A stretch of DNA of 27,226 nucleotides from a virus. Taxonomy: Duplodnaviria > Caudoviricetes. Shown here piece after piece: positions 16,089 through 25,764 of the stretch. Under the pieces are notes generated by a model. That model ran no database searches and had not been told where the DNA came from. It worked only from the letters and a program-made list of their open reading frames with translations. The translations under genes were made by a program, and so were the position numbers. The stretch lies in IMG/VR virus record IMGVR_UViG_3300032220_001536, positions 1 to 27,226 of that record. One strand, written 5' to 3'. How positions within the stretch are numbered: position 1 is the first letter of the stretch; every line of letters starts with the position of its first letter.

Positions 16089-16487
16089 ATGGCGATCTCA
16101 GCTGGCCTTGTCGCTAAATATGCCCCCTGGGGTAACGCCCAGCTGGCATTTGAGCTAGGCACTGGCTACGCGACTACAGATCCCGCCACCGGTAACGCGG
16201 TTCAAACCACCGAGGTCGTGGAGTATCTCGCCGCCTTGACCCTCCAAGCCCCGGCGTGGAAGGGCGAAAGCGGTGTTGACAACACCACGTACTCCTGCAA
16301 AGGCCGTGTCCTTAGCCCGGCAATCCTGGATGCCCGCATCACCAACGGCACTCAAGCTGACTGTGTGATCAATGGCTACCGAGGACGTTTCGAGCTCGTC
16401 TTCGATCTGACGATGGACATGAATTTCCGAAAGGACCTTCGCCAGCAGATCGAAGGCGTATTCCGAGTAGTGGGAGGGCCGGCGTAA
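16089..16487 (+). CDS. Probable head closure/neck protein
   Basis: 132 aa beta-rich ORF; assigned by position only. Confidence 0.5.
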   Translation: MAISAGLVAKYAPWGNAQLAFELGTGYATTDPATGNAVQTTEVVEYLAALTLQAPAWKGESGVDNTTYSCKGRVLSPAILDARITNGTQADCVINGYRGRFELVFDLTMDMNFRKDLRQQIEGVFRVVGGPA

Positions 16488-16861
16488 TGGCCCGCTCTCA
16501 ACAGTCACTCAGCAATGAGCTGAGTAAAGCCACTGCCCAGGCCATGAAGCAACTAGGCACATGGCTTGATGGGCGCTTCACCGAGGAGATCTCCTCCACG
16601 AAGTGGCCTTACCCAACACCTCCCAAGGTGCGGGACATCGTGGAAACTGGCCGCCTTCGGGCAAGCCAAACACGCTCTGTGAATGCGGACGGCTCAGTCA
16701 CCTTCACCTGGCCCGTCGATTACGCACAACAGGTCCACGAGGGCGGCGTTGCCCTCACCGGCATGCGCTTCCCAGGCCGACCCTGGACAAAAGTCCCCCT
16801 CGAGGAGGCTTCTGACAAGTTCGGCAAATTTCTGCGCTCCGCATTGGAGGCGCAGCAATGA
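16487..16861 (+). CDS. Neck/tail completion protein (HK97 gp10-like)
   Basis: IVETGRLRAS, YAQQVHEG, RPW motifs. Confidence 0.7.
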   Translation: MARSQQSLSNELSKATAQAMKQLGTWLDGRFTEEISSTKWPYPTPPKVRDIVETGRLRASQTRSVNADGSVTFTWPVDYAQQVHEGGVALTGMRFPGRPWTKVPLEEASDKFGKFLRSALEAQQ

Positions 16862-17331
16862 CGATCTCGACCAGCTACCCACCGGTGACCGTTCTTCGGA
16901 ACGAAATTGAGACCCACATCCTGAACCTCTACGAGGCAAACGGAACAACTCTCAAGGCTTATACCGCCTGGCCCGGCTACTACACCCTGCCTGACAACAG
17001 CCGCATCCCTGCGGTTTACGTCGTTGGCACATCGATGGTGCCCTCGAACTGGAACATCACCGGTATCGAGTGCACGATCGAAGAGGTCCCCGAGATCGCC
17101 AACCCTGGTTCTGTAAGCGGTGTCATCTCATTCGAGAGCTGGTCAGTCCGGTTCACCAATTACGGAACCAAAGAAGGGACCCGCATGACCACGTCACTGC
17201 TGGACATCAGCAGGCGACTGGCCCGGGCCTTCCCCAGGGACCAAGTCACGTACATGGCCCGAACTGAGGTCACCTTTGAGGCCCTCACGGCCCGCATCCG
17301 CGGAGTCGTAATGAACCCCCCGATCCCCTAA
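16858..17331 (+). CDS. Probable tail terminator protein
   Basis: 157 aa immediately before the tail tube gene; assigned by position. Confidence 0.5.
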   Translation: MTISTSYPPVTVLRNEIETHILNLYEANGTTLKAYTAWPGYYTLPDNSRIPAVYVVGTSMVPSNWNITGIECTIEEVPEIANPGSVSGVISFESWSVRFTNYGTKEGTRMTTSLLDISRRLARAFPRDQVTYMARTEVTFEALTARIRGVVMNPPIP

Positions 17332-17343
17332 GGAGTCACCACC

Positions 17344-18354
17344 ATGGCCGACTATGCAATCGGGCTTTCATTCCACAAGGCTCACCGGACTCTCGTCCGC
17401 GCCGTGGAACTGACTGCTCCCAACCGCTACTTCGCGACCCGCGACGCATCCGGTTTTATCACCCTGCCCACCCTGGACACCGGTGCAAGCTACCTGCAAA
17501 TGGGTGGTATTACCAAAGCCAGCTTCCAAGTCAACGACACGAATCAGGACTTCCGCCTCCTCGGTGATGACGGTTGGGCTGACAGCGTCATCACTGGCGC
17601 TGCTGTACAAGCATCGTTGACCAGCTATTTCGCCAGAGATACCGAAATCCCCGCAGGTACCACGGTCCCTGTGTTCCGCGGCAACTACGACGAAGGCTTC
17701 AACCTGATTCAGCGCAGCCGTTACGACAAGAGCTTCGAGGTCTACTTTGAGTTCCTCAAGGAGCTGGGTCAAGCCAATGGCACTACCGGCAACTTCATTT
17801 ATGACTTCACTGGTTTCAACGCTTGCATCAGCAACTACCAGGAGTCAGTTAGTGCCGAGGGTCTGACTGAAATCAGCTTTGACCTCATGTCCCGAGGACG
17901 TCCTGTCTTCGGTCGTTACGACGGCGGCTCCACCGCCCTCAGCATTGGTAACATCCAATCTTCGCTCCTGTTTACGGCACCTTCCTCCGGTACTCGTCGT
18001 TATGCGACTGTGCCTTTGGATAACGCCCAAGCGATTGTCACCACCGCCAACCAGACTGTCACCTACACCAGTGACGGTACGGTTGCTCTGGCCCAGCTTG
18101 CCCTCGGTCAAGCTGATGGCAGTGGCTTCCGCCTGGAAGTGGCTTCAACCGGAGTGGCAGTGCCCTGCACAGTGAGCCTCGCCTCCAACGTGGTCACAAT
18201 TGACCCTTCCCCAACGCTTACAGCCGGTACCATCTACCGTCTGCGCGTTCTGGATGGTGCAATCACCCAGGCTGTGGATGCCTCTGGAAACGCTTCTGCC
18301 TCCGGCACAAGGCGTCCTCTGGCGGGATTCACCACTGAATTCCGGACTGCCTAA
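17344..18354 (+). CDS. Major tail tube protein with C-terminal Ig-like domain
   Basis: AAGGAG RBS; tube-like N-terminal part (EISFDLMSRG); C-terminal VVTIDPSPTLTAGTIYRL...F.T Ig-like pattern; followed by a terminator. Confidence 0.8.
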   Translation: MADYAIGLSFHKAHRTLVRAVELTAPNRYFATRDASGFITLPTLDTGASYLQMGGITKASFQVNDTNQDFRLLGDDGWADSVITGAAVQASLTSYFARDTEIPAGTTVPVFRGNYDEGFNLIQRSRYDKSFEVYFEFLKELGQANGTTGNFIYDFTGFNACISNYQESVSAEGLTEISFDLMSRGRPVFGRYDGGSTALSIGNIQSSLLFTAPSSGTRRYATVPLDNAQAIVTTANQTVTYTSDGTVALAQLALGQADGSGFRLEVASTGVAVPCTVSLASNVVTIDPSPTLTAGTIYRLRVLDGAITQAVDASGNASASGTRRPLAGFTTEFRTA

Positions 18355-18380
18355 ACCCCCCGAGTTCGCACCCAAATACC

Positions 18381-18405
18381 AAGGCCCCACACCGGGGCCT
18401 TTTTT
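18381..18405 (+). terminator. Rho-independent terminator
   Basis: AAGGCCCC-acacc-GGGGCCTT stem-loop running into a T tract. Confidence 0.85.
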
Positions 18406-18411
18406 GTACCC

Positions 18412-18645
18412 ATGCACCACGATCTGTTAATCGATCCGATCAACACCGTCTTTGCAGTGAATTGCCAAGAAGAAGGCGCCACCCTTCACTGCGGCGCCAT
18501 CTACCTCGAACCCCTCGTCCAAAGCAGCACTATAACTTTAGCGTATAAAGAAGCTAAGATTGAGGTTGAACTACCACTCGAGCTGGTCAACCAGACAATG
18601 CCCTTTCGGGCCTGGTCGATCTCTCTCCCCATCAAAGATGTCTAA
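18412..18645 (+). CDS. Small hypothetical protein
   Basis: 77 aa ORF overlapping the next start. Confidence 0.55.
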   Translation: MHHDLLIDPINTVFAVNCQEEGATLHCGAIYLEPLVQSSTITLAYKEAKIEVELPLELVNQTMPFRAWSISLPIKDV

Positions 18646-19183
18646 GTACGCCAGCATCCTTTTCGAGCCCAGCAAGTTCCACCAGATTGGGCCATTCCGC
18701 TTCCCGGTCTACAACGACCTTGTCCCCGGTGAAGCCAAGGGCATCGAAGAGATCGGGCGTAAGCAGTCCAAGTCAACCTTCCGCTCGATCAAGCTCGCGC
18801 AGCGGATCGCTAAGGACAAAGGCATTACGACCAAGGAAGCGGTCGACCTTCTAAGCAAGGCCAACGACGACGAGAACCAAGCAATCCTGTTTGATTACGT
18901 AACCGAACTCGAGGAGCTCCAAAGCGACACCCTCGGTGCCACTGAGCAGCAAATTGCTTTTGTCACCCTATTCATCCGCTACCGGGGAGAAGTCAAGCTT
19001 CCCCGCTCAAGGGAATGGACCCGACTCAGTGACTGGACCGATGAGGACACCGAGAGCATGCCCTCCAAAACCATGGAGGAAGTCTTCAAGCTACTGACCT
19101 GGGAGCGTGATGGCTGGCCCGAGCCGGAAGCGGAGGGAAACGAAGTGGAGCAGGAGTTCAGCCCACCCCCGAACAAATCCTGA
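18638..19183 (+). CDS. Tail assembly chaperone (gpG-like)
   Basis: ATG 18638 (MSKYASILF); lies between tail tube and tape measure; slippery site near its 3' end. Confidence 0.8.
   Translation: MSKYASILFEPSKFHQIGPFRFPVYNDLVPGEAKGIEEIGRKQSKSTFRSIKLAQRIAKDKGITTKEAVDLLSKANDDENQAILFDYVTELEELQSDTLGATEQQIAFVTLFIRYRGEVKLPRSREWTRLSDWTDEDTESMPSKTMEEVFKLLTWERDGWPEPEAEGNEVEQEFSPPPNKS
19135..19141 (+). other. Predicted -1 programmed frameshift site G GGA AAC
   Basis: GAG GGA AAC in the chaperone frame; the -1 frame is open through 19614. Confidence 0.85.
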
Positions 19184-19614
19184 AGCAGTGTGAGGACCAC
19201 CTCCGCACACCCCTGACAGATTGGGACAGCGTCTATGTCAGGGTGCGTTGCTCCGAGATCGGTGCTGACTACCCCGCCGAACGCTTTCTCCGCACCCCAA
19301 TTAGCAGTATCCGCTGGCTCCTACGCCAATTGGATGACCGCGAAAAAGGCCAGGCCAACCTGGCCAGCGTTTCCACTGCGCGCCTCGCCCACATTGTCCT
19401 GCAGGCAGCCCATGGGATGTCTGGCTCGAAGAGTGCAGCACCCAAGGTCCAGCCCAAAGACTTCCTGCCTTACCCGGATTGGAGGCCCAGCACAGCCGAG
19501 GCCGATGGCCCAGATCAACCTACGAAGTTCATTCTCACGGAGCTAATCAAAACCCGTCAGATCCCAATGCACGTGTTCGCTTCACTGATAACTCGGGCAG
19601 AGGAAGAGCGATAG
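19141..19614 (+). CDS. Tail assembly chaperone frameshift extension (gpGT-like)
   Basis: -1 frame reads RSGAGVQPTPEQILKQCEDHLRTPLTDWDSVYVRVRCSEIG..., continuous with track ORF 19243-19614. Confidence 0.8.
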   Translation, partial: RSGAGVQPTPEQILKQCEDHLRTPLTDWDSVYVRVRCSEIGADYPAERFLRTPISSIRWLLRQLDDREKGQANLASVSTARLAHIVLQAAHGMSGSKSAAPKVQPKDFLPYPDWRPSTAEADGPDQPTKFILTELIKTRQIPMHVFASLITRAEEER

Positions 19615-19647
19615 CATACGTTTAGCGGATAGCTCACGAGCGAGAAC

Positions 19648-22600
19648 GTGGCTGACTTTAGGCTCAAGGTAGTAGCAGATACGCAGACCGCGGAGCGTGG
19701 TCTTAAACAAGTAGGAGAAGTCGCGGATAAAGCAACAAAGACCCGTAACTTAGACATAAAAGTTCCAAATCTATTTGAAGTATCAAAGACTTTTCAGACA
19801 CTAGAACGTGATGTAAAGTCAGCAGCGAACACCATAAAAACATTTTACACAGTAGGAAAGGCACTCCCAGGTAGCTTTGGAGAAGTAGTTCGCACTATTG
19901 AAAATGTAGGCAAAAACGCCACGAAAAGCGCCATAGCAATAAATAACAACAACTCAGCAGCTGAGATATTTAGCAATACAATAAAAGGTGCTACTGATGC
20001 AGCTAGTCAACTCGTAACAACCCTGGCAAAAGTAGGCTTTGCTACCTTCGCTATTAAAGAAACCGTAGGGATACTACAGGCAGCCTTTAACGGCTTCTTC
20101 AATAACACCATCGGCCGAGAGATCAAGCTCCGGGAGACGATCCTCAAGACTCAAACCACCCTTGCCTCCACCAACAAGGTCTTCAAGGACGGCAAAGAGA
20201 TCACCGATCCCTACCAGAAGATCGTCACGCTCACCGGTGCCGTCCAGAAAAACATTGACTCCATCCGAGAGCGGTCGATCGCTCTAGCTGGAGTCACCTC
20301 CAACGATGTCATCGAGGTCTTTGGCATTGTCGCCTCCCAGGTTGGCCAGATCGGTGGTGGCCTCAAGGAAGCTGAAGACCTGGCCATCAACTTCGCCGCT
20401 GCTCTTGGCACCTTCGGAATCCCCCTGTACCAAGCTCGGCAGGAGATCGGCTCAATCCTGCGCGGGGACATTACCACCGACTCTTACCTCGCCAAAGCAC
20501 TGGGCATAACCAACGAGGACATAACCAAGGCCAAAAACGAGACCGGTGGTGTAGTCAAATTCCTCGAAGACCGCCTAGCTGAAGCCGTTGCCGGCCAAAA
20601 GATCGCTGCCCAGGGCTTCTCCGGCGTGATGTCAAACATACGCGACCTCGGGGAGCTCATTGGCCAGAACTTTGGCCGAGGCATGCTTGCGCCCCTGCTC
20701 AACGGATTAACCGCAGTATTCGAGACCTTATTCCGCATCCGCAAGCAGATCTTCGATATTGCCTCCAAAGCTGGTGAAACTATCGGTCGTGTGGGCACAC
20801 TCGTAGTCGGACTGACCGCCGGCCGCACCGGTGTGGGCAAAGGTGTGGATGCAAGCGCCGCTGCCTCGGCCGCTTCGGGCCTTGCCGACAAGGCATTCAC
20901 CGAGATCGAGAGCGTCGCTCAACGCACAGTGGGTGCAATAGCAACAGTCATTGCTTCATTGAAGCCTACGGTGCTCATTCTTGCGGATGCCTTCCGCAAC
21001 GTATCAGAAGCTTTCGTACAAATTAAAGTTGGTACGTTTGAAGCATTAGCTTCAGCTTTAGCGAATGTAGCAAGAGCAGCGGGGGTAATTGCTCCGATAT
21101 TTGCGAGCATATTTAATCTATATGCGCGCCTGTTAAACACCCCCATTGTCAAATACTTTACCGAGGTCGCCACCGTCCTCGCATTCCTTAAGCGAGCCGG
21201 CCTAGACGCAGCTACTTCGCTCCTCATGTTCGGCAAGTTTGTTATTAGTTCGGTCATTCCCGCTTTAGGTGTCTTCGGCACGGCCGCCGGTGCTGTAGTA
21301 GCTGGGATTGCAGCTATCGGACTAGCGATAGGCAAACTCGTACTTGTGTTAGCTGGACTAGCGTCCGCCCTTGTCACGCCTGCGGCAGCTTTTCCAGCAG
21401 TAGCAGCGGCATTTCATGCACTATCCGCAAGCCTAACGAATGTAGGTAATCAAGCGGTCGGTGCTAATACTAAATTAGCTGGTTTTGGCAAGGGCCTTAC
21501 TACGTTAGGCGCTACGGCGAAAGCCGCAGGTGGCGCGATACTATCTTCCCTAGGTTGGATATTTGCATTTCAAGTAGGAATTGCGGTTGTCATAGACGCT
21601 GTCGGTCGTTTTCAACGCGCACAGGAGGAACAAAAGGCTAGCGCCCGCGCGACTGAAGCACTACGCCGCCTCCAAACAACCTACAAAAACGTAGGCGATT
21701 CAGCCAACAGCGCAACAAAATCGGCGCGCGACTTTGAGCAAGCCATTGTAAATGCGCGCTACGACAACATAGTAAATGAAGTTGAAAAAATACGCGAGCA
21801 AATTAAAGAAGTTGATGACTACTTAAATGATAACAGCTTGTTAGGCCGGATATTAAAATCACCTGGCCGGACGGCTATTATTGAGATACAAAATAAGCGC
21901 AAAGAACAGGCAACTACTCTTGAAAAAGAAGCGTCTGAAATTAGCGCGCAGCGTGACCGCAAACTAGCTGCAGAAAACGTAAAGCTAGAGACTCAAAAAC
22001 GTATAGACCTAACCAAAGAAATAGCCGAACTCGAGCGCAGCCATGCTTCCAAGCTCTTCGAGCTTCGCCAACAGGCAGCAGCGAAAGAGGTCGAGATCTT
22101 CCGCCTGGCAGGTGAACAGCGCATTGCCGAAGTCGAGCGCGCCAATGCCAAGATGCTCAAAGGGCAGGAAGGTGCATCCGCTGCAGCTATCGATGCACTC
22201 AACAGGTACCTGGCAACCCGAGAGCGGGGTGAACTCGAGATCGAAGCTGCTAAGCAAGAGCTTCACATTGAATCTGCCAACCTCGACAAGTCGGTGGCTG
22301 ACTACCGGGTAGCTATCGAGAAGCAGATTGCAGAGATCAAGAGGAAGTCAAACGAAAACGACATTGCCACGGCCGATTACCGGAAACAGCAACTGCTAGC
22401 AGGAGGGGCAACTGGTGCAGCAGGTAGTGGTGACTCCATTCAAGCTGCCGTTGCCGCAACCAAGAACCTGACAGGGGTCAATGAACAGTGTGCTGAAGCG
22501 GTCAAACGCTTCATGGCTGTTATCGGGGTCAACAGCTCGGTGATGACCAAAGCGGCAAAGAGTGCCGAAAAGATGGGCACGGTGATGACCGACTGGTCCA

Positions 22601-24507
22601 AGCTGCAACCCGGGGACATCGTGGCTCGGGGTAGCAAAGGCGATCCCAGCCATGTTGGGGTGTTTACCGGGGGTCAGAACGTCTTCCACCAAAGCTCAGG
22701 TCGTGGCCTGACGGCTGGTAACTACCCCGACCTCGGGTACTTCAAGGAGAAGGGCTACTTCATTCGCCCGTCCGGCATGGCGGCCGGCGCTGGCCCTGTG
22801 GCTAAGCCTGTTCTTCAGGAAGCTTCAAAGCTTAGGGATCCCAAACAGATGAGCAACGAGGTCGCAGCCATCACAGGCAGTATCAAGAACCTAAATGCCC
22901 AAACAGCCGAGCTAAGGGCCCAGGCTACCAACGCCAACACCAAAGCCGCCTTCGACGCCATCTTCGATGGTCTTTTCCCTCAGGTCCCAATCGAGGGAGC
23001 CCAGAACGATCTGATCGAGCGCTTCAACAAGATCAACTCCTTGCTCCTAAGCACAGGAGCCAATACTGCTGCTAGCACTGCCGAGCAGAAGTTTGCTGAC
23101 ATCAAGGCAGAAACCCAGACCCAGGTTGAGATCCTCAAGAGAGAAGTTGCCCAGGTCAAGACTGAATTTGAGAAACGGCGCACGTCGACCGACCCGAGAA
23201 ACAAGCTTTCTGATCAGCAAGCAAACGAACTGAAGACTCGAGCCGACAAAGGCCTGCAAGAACAAATTGAAAAACTGAACGAGATTGCGAAGGTCAAAAA
23301 GGCAATTTCAGCCGCGGACAACTACGGTGAGGCCCTGACCCAGCAGCAACAACTACTAATCCAGTTCAACCAGCAGACCGAAGCCATCAAAGACGAGGCC
23401 GAAGCTCGCCGCACAGCAAACAGACTACGAATGGAAGGCTTCTCCGAAGAAGCAATCCAGAACGAACTACGCAAGCTAAAGCTGGACCAAGAGTTCCAGA
23501 AAGCAGCAGAGCAAATGGATGCGCAGTACCTCCTTCTGCAGAATTCATTGGCTCAATACAACCTAGAACAAGCCAAAGGCACAGTACTCACTGGTGCTGC
23601 CAAGGAAGCTTATGAAGGACTGAACAAATCACTCGAAGACCTAAAGAAAAGGCGAGACGAATTAGAAAGCAAAAAAGACAAGGCCAAAACAGATGGTGAT
23701 GCTGCCACCGCTGGAACTAAACAAACCCCACGTGAAAAAATCGGAGGTCGAATCAGTGAAGTCAAAAAAGAACTAGCGGAGCTTACTAACGGAGCCAACA
23801 TCGCAATCAAGGCTGCTGATGGTATTGGAAACGCATTTGGCAGGGCATTTAGGGGCCTGATTGATCAAAGCATGACTGCTCGGGAAGCGTTGAGCGTATT
23901 CTTCAAGGACGTGGCCAACATGTTCCTCGAGATGGCCGCTCAGATCATCGCCAAGCAGATGACCATGATCATCCTGCAGACCATCCTCAAAGCACTTGGC
24001 GCTGTTAGCGGTGCCGGAAGTGGTGGCGATCTTGGAAAAGTCAACATGGCAGATGTAAGCAAATACTCAGCTCCTCTTGGTTATGCCAAAGGTGGAGTAT
24101 TTGGTGACGGTGTATCGAAATTTGCAGCGGGTGGAATTGTTAGCTCGCCCACGCTGTTCAAATTCGCCAACGGCGGCACCACCCAAACAGGCTTAATGGG
24201 TGAGGCCGGACCCGAAGCCATCATGCCCCTATCTCGGGGCCCTGGCGGCAAGCTCGGCGTCAACGCATCCGGCCTGCGCGAGGCCATGGGTAGCGCACCT
24301 GGAACTGGTGGTTCACCCATACTTAACATGAGTTTTGAGAGTACAACAATCAACGGTGTCGAGTACGTCTCACGGGATCAACTCGAGGCCGCCATGGCAC
24401 AAACCCGCAGGCAAGCATCTGCCGATGGTGCCAAGCGGGGAATGTCCATGACCCTGGATCGTCTCCAGCAGTCACCCCAAACCCGTAGCCGCGTAGGCCT
24501 TCGCTGA
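19648..24507 (+). CDS. Tail tape measure protein with internal NlpC/P60-like domain
   Basis: 1619 aa, Ala-rich and helical; C-terminal FAAGGIVSSPTLF...GLMGEAGPEAIMPL motif; internal CAEAV...PGDIV...HVGVF...H. Confidence 0.92.
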   Translation: MADFRLKVVADTQTAERGLKQVGEVADKATKTRNLDIKVPNLFEVSKTFQTLERDVKSAANTIKTFYTVGKALPGSFGEVVRTIENVGKNATKSAIAINNNNSAAEIFSNTIKGATDAASQLVTTLAKVGFATFAIKETVGILQAAFNGFFNNTIGREIKLRETILKTQTTLASTNKVFKDGKEITDPYQKIVTLTGAVQKNIDSIRERSIALAGVTSNDVIEVFGIVASQVGQIGGGLKEAEDLAINFAAALGTFGIPLYQARQEIGSILRGDITTDSYLAKALGITNEDITKAKNETGGVVKFLEDRLAEAVAGQKIAAQGFSGVMSNIRDLGELIGQNFGRGMLAPLLNGLTAVFETLFRIRKQIFDIASKAGETIGRVGTLVVGLTAGRTGVGKGVDASAAASAASGLADKAFTEIESVAQRTVGAIATVIASLKPTVLILADAFRNVSEAFVQIKVGTFEALASALANVARAAGVIAPIFASIFNLYARLLNTPIVKYFTEVATVLAFLKRAGLDAATSLLMFGKFVISSVIPALGVFGTAAGAVVAGIAAIGLAIGKLVLVLAGLASALVTPAAAFPAVAAAFHALSASLTNVGNQAVGANTKLAGFGKGLTTLGATAKAAGGAILSSLGWIFAFQVGIAVVIDAVGRFQRAQEEQKASARATEALRRLQTTYKNVGDSANSATKSARDFEQAIVNARYDNIVNEVEKIREQIKEVDDYLNDNSLLGRILKSPGRTAIIEIQNKRKEQATTLEKEASEISAQRDRKLAAENVKLETQKRIDLTKEIAELERSHASKLFELRQQAAAKEVEIFRLAGEQRIAEVERANAKMLKGQEGASAAAIDALNRYLATRERGELEIEAAKQELHIESANLDKSVADYRVAIEKQIAEIKRKSNENDIATADYRKQQLLAGGATGAAGSGDSIQAAVAATKNLTGVNEQCAEAVKRFMAVIGVNSSVMTKAAKSAEKMGTVMTDWSKLQPGDIVARGSKGDPSHVGVFTGGQNVFHQSSGRGLTAGNYPDLGYFKEKGYFIRPSGMAAGAGPVAKPVLQEASKLRDPKQMSNEVAAITGSIKNLNAQTAELRAQATNANTKAAFDAIFDGLFPQVPIEGAQNDLIERFNKINSLLLSTGANTAASTAEQKFADIKAETQTQVEILKREVAQVKTEFEKRRTSTDPRNKLSDQQANELKTRADKGLQEQIEKLNEIAKVKKAISAADNYGEALTQQQQLLIQFNQQTEAIKDEAEARRTANRLRMEGFSEEAIQNELRKLKLDQEFQKAAEQMDAQYLLLQNSLAQYNLEQAKGTVLTGAAKEAYEGLNKSLEDLKKRRDELESKKDKAKTDGDAATAGTKQTPREKIGGRISEVKKELAELTNGANIAIKAADGIGNAFGRAFRGLIDQSMTAREALSVFFKDVANMFLEMAAQIIAKQMTMIILQTILKALGAVSGAGSGGDLGKVNMADVSKYSAPLGYAKGGVFGDGVSKFAAGGIVSSPTLFKFANGGTTQTGLMGEAGPEAIMPLSRGPGGKLGVNASGLREAMGSAPGTGGSPILNMSFESTTINGVEYVSRDQLEAAMAQTRRQASADGAKRGMSMTLDRLQQSPQTRSRVGLR

Positions 24508-24911
24508 TGGCAACCTTTCCCGCCTACGCCCCAACCAAACGCCAGTTCGTGCCCGGGATCTACCCCCAGAAGAGCCATCGCTCATTGGCGGGCGTCGTGG
24601 TCAAGCGCACCTTCGGCAACAAGCCATCAGCCGCAACACTCAGCTTTTCGTTTGACAATATCGCCGATGTCAAAGTCGTGGCCATCCTGGGCCACTACCG
24701 CAGCCAAACAGCAGTCAACAGACGTTTCAAGATCTCAGCCATCACCATGGCTGGAATCAGCACCGAGCTCGCTGCAATCGCGGATGGGTCCGCGGACAAC
24801 CTTCGCTGGGAATACGCCAAACCGCCCGCGGTGGAATCGATCCGCCCGGGTGCATCCCGAGTCCAAGTTGAACTGCTCGGCGAAATCCGCGACCCGGCTT
24901 CTGACGACTGA
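24507..24911 (+). CDS. Distal tail protein-like minor tail protein
   Basis: 134 aa directly after the tape measure; WEYAKPP.VES motif; mainly positional. Confidence 0.6.
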   Translation: MATFPAYAPTKRQFVPGIYPQKSHRSLAGVVVKRTFGNKPSAATLSFSFDNIADVKVVAILGHYRSQTAVNRRFKISAITMAGISTELAAIADGSADNLRWEYAKPPAVESIRPGASRVQVELLGEIRDPASDD

Positions 24912-25381
24912 TGACACTCGACATTCGGATCTGCCAATTCTTTCAACTCACCACAGCAGCTGGCATCCAGCATCTGTACCAGAACTACTTCGCCCACGAG
25001 AGCGTTCCCTACGGGAGCAAAACCTACAACTGGGCTCCGTTCCGAGCTGAAGGCTCAATGGCCTCCCTGAACGGCGAAAACACAGTCCTGCAGGTGCTGT
25101 TTCCCAACATCGACTTCGTGCTCCAGCTGCTCAGCCAAGGGGGAGGTAACAGGCTAAGCACCTTGATCCTGACCACCCAATGGCTCACCCGTGACAACGC
25201 CTACACCCGTAACGTCCAGACCGAGTACTACATCGGCACAGGTGCCTCGATCAGTGAAACAACAGTTGAACTGCGCTTTCGGTCAGCGATCGACAGCGTG
25301 GTGTCCAATTTTCCCGGTCGTACACTGACTCAGGCGCTGGTTGGCCCTTTGCCCCTGGATTCACAGTTGTATCTCCAATGA
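24911..25381 (+). CDS. Minor tail (hub, gpL-like) protein
   Basis: YQNYF...FPGRTLT..LVGPLP; positional. Confidence 0.6.
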   Translation: MTLDIRICQFFQLTTAAGIQHLYQNYFAHESVPYGSKTYNWAPFRAEGSMASLNGENTVLQVLFPNIDFVLQLLSQGGGNRLSTLILTTQWLTRDNAYTRNVQTEYYIGTGASISETTVELRFRSAIDSVVSNFPGRTLTQALVGPLPLDSQLYLQ

Positions 25382-25764
25382 ATCTGAACGATTTGATTGG
25401 ACTGGAGTATGGCTGGAACCATGCACCTGGCGACGGTAGCGGCAAGACCGACTGCTTCCAGCTGGCCTGTGAAGTACGCCGCCGCCTGGGCATGTCCGAC
25501 TACAGCGAGCGGTTTGCTTGGGTCTATACCGAATTTTTAGACGAACAGTTCAACCGTGCAAAGATTGCCCGCTGGTTACTTCAGTGCGGAGAGCGGTTAA
25601 AGATTCCAGCACCTGGAGCAGTACGATTACTACCAGTTGAAGAAGGAGCAGCACTGGCTACGTATCTACACGATGGGACTACGATATTTCTAAGTTCTGG
25701 TGGGAGCGTAATTCGCACACAAATTCTGGACAGCCTTGGTTACTGCTTTTGGATGGACTCATGA
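25378..25764 (+). CDS. Tail assembly protein, NlpC/P60-like (gpK-like)
   Basis: DLIGLEYGW...DCFQLACEVRRRLG; the catalytic His motif is not evident. Confidence 0.7.
   Translation: MNLNDLIGLEYGWNHAPGDGSGKTDCFQLACEVRRRLGMSDYSERFAWVYTEFLDEQFNRAKIARWLLQCGERLKIPAPGAVRLLPVEEGAALATYLHDGTTIFLSSGGSVIRTQILDSLGYCFWMDS

Noticed and set aside
2225-19620. TA-N3-T hexamers before several genes (2225, 8575, 12448 and others) as a late-promoter consensus
   Set aside because: Too degenerate to support without TSS data; only the 12448 case is mentioned as a hypothesis.
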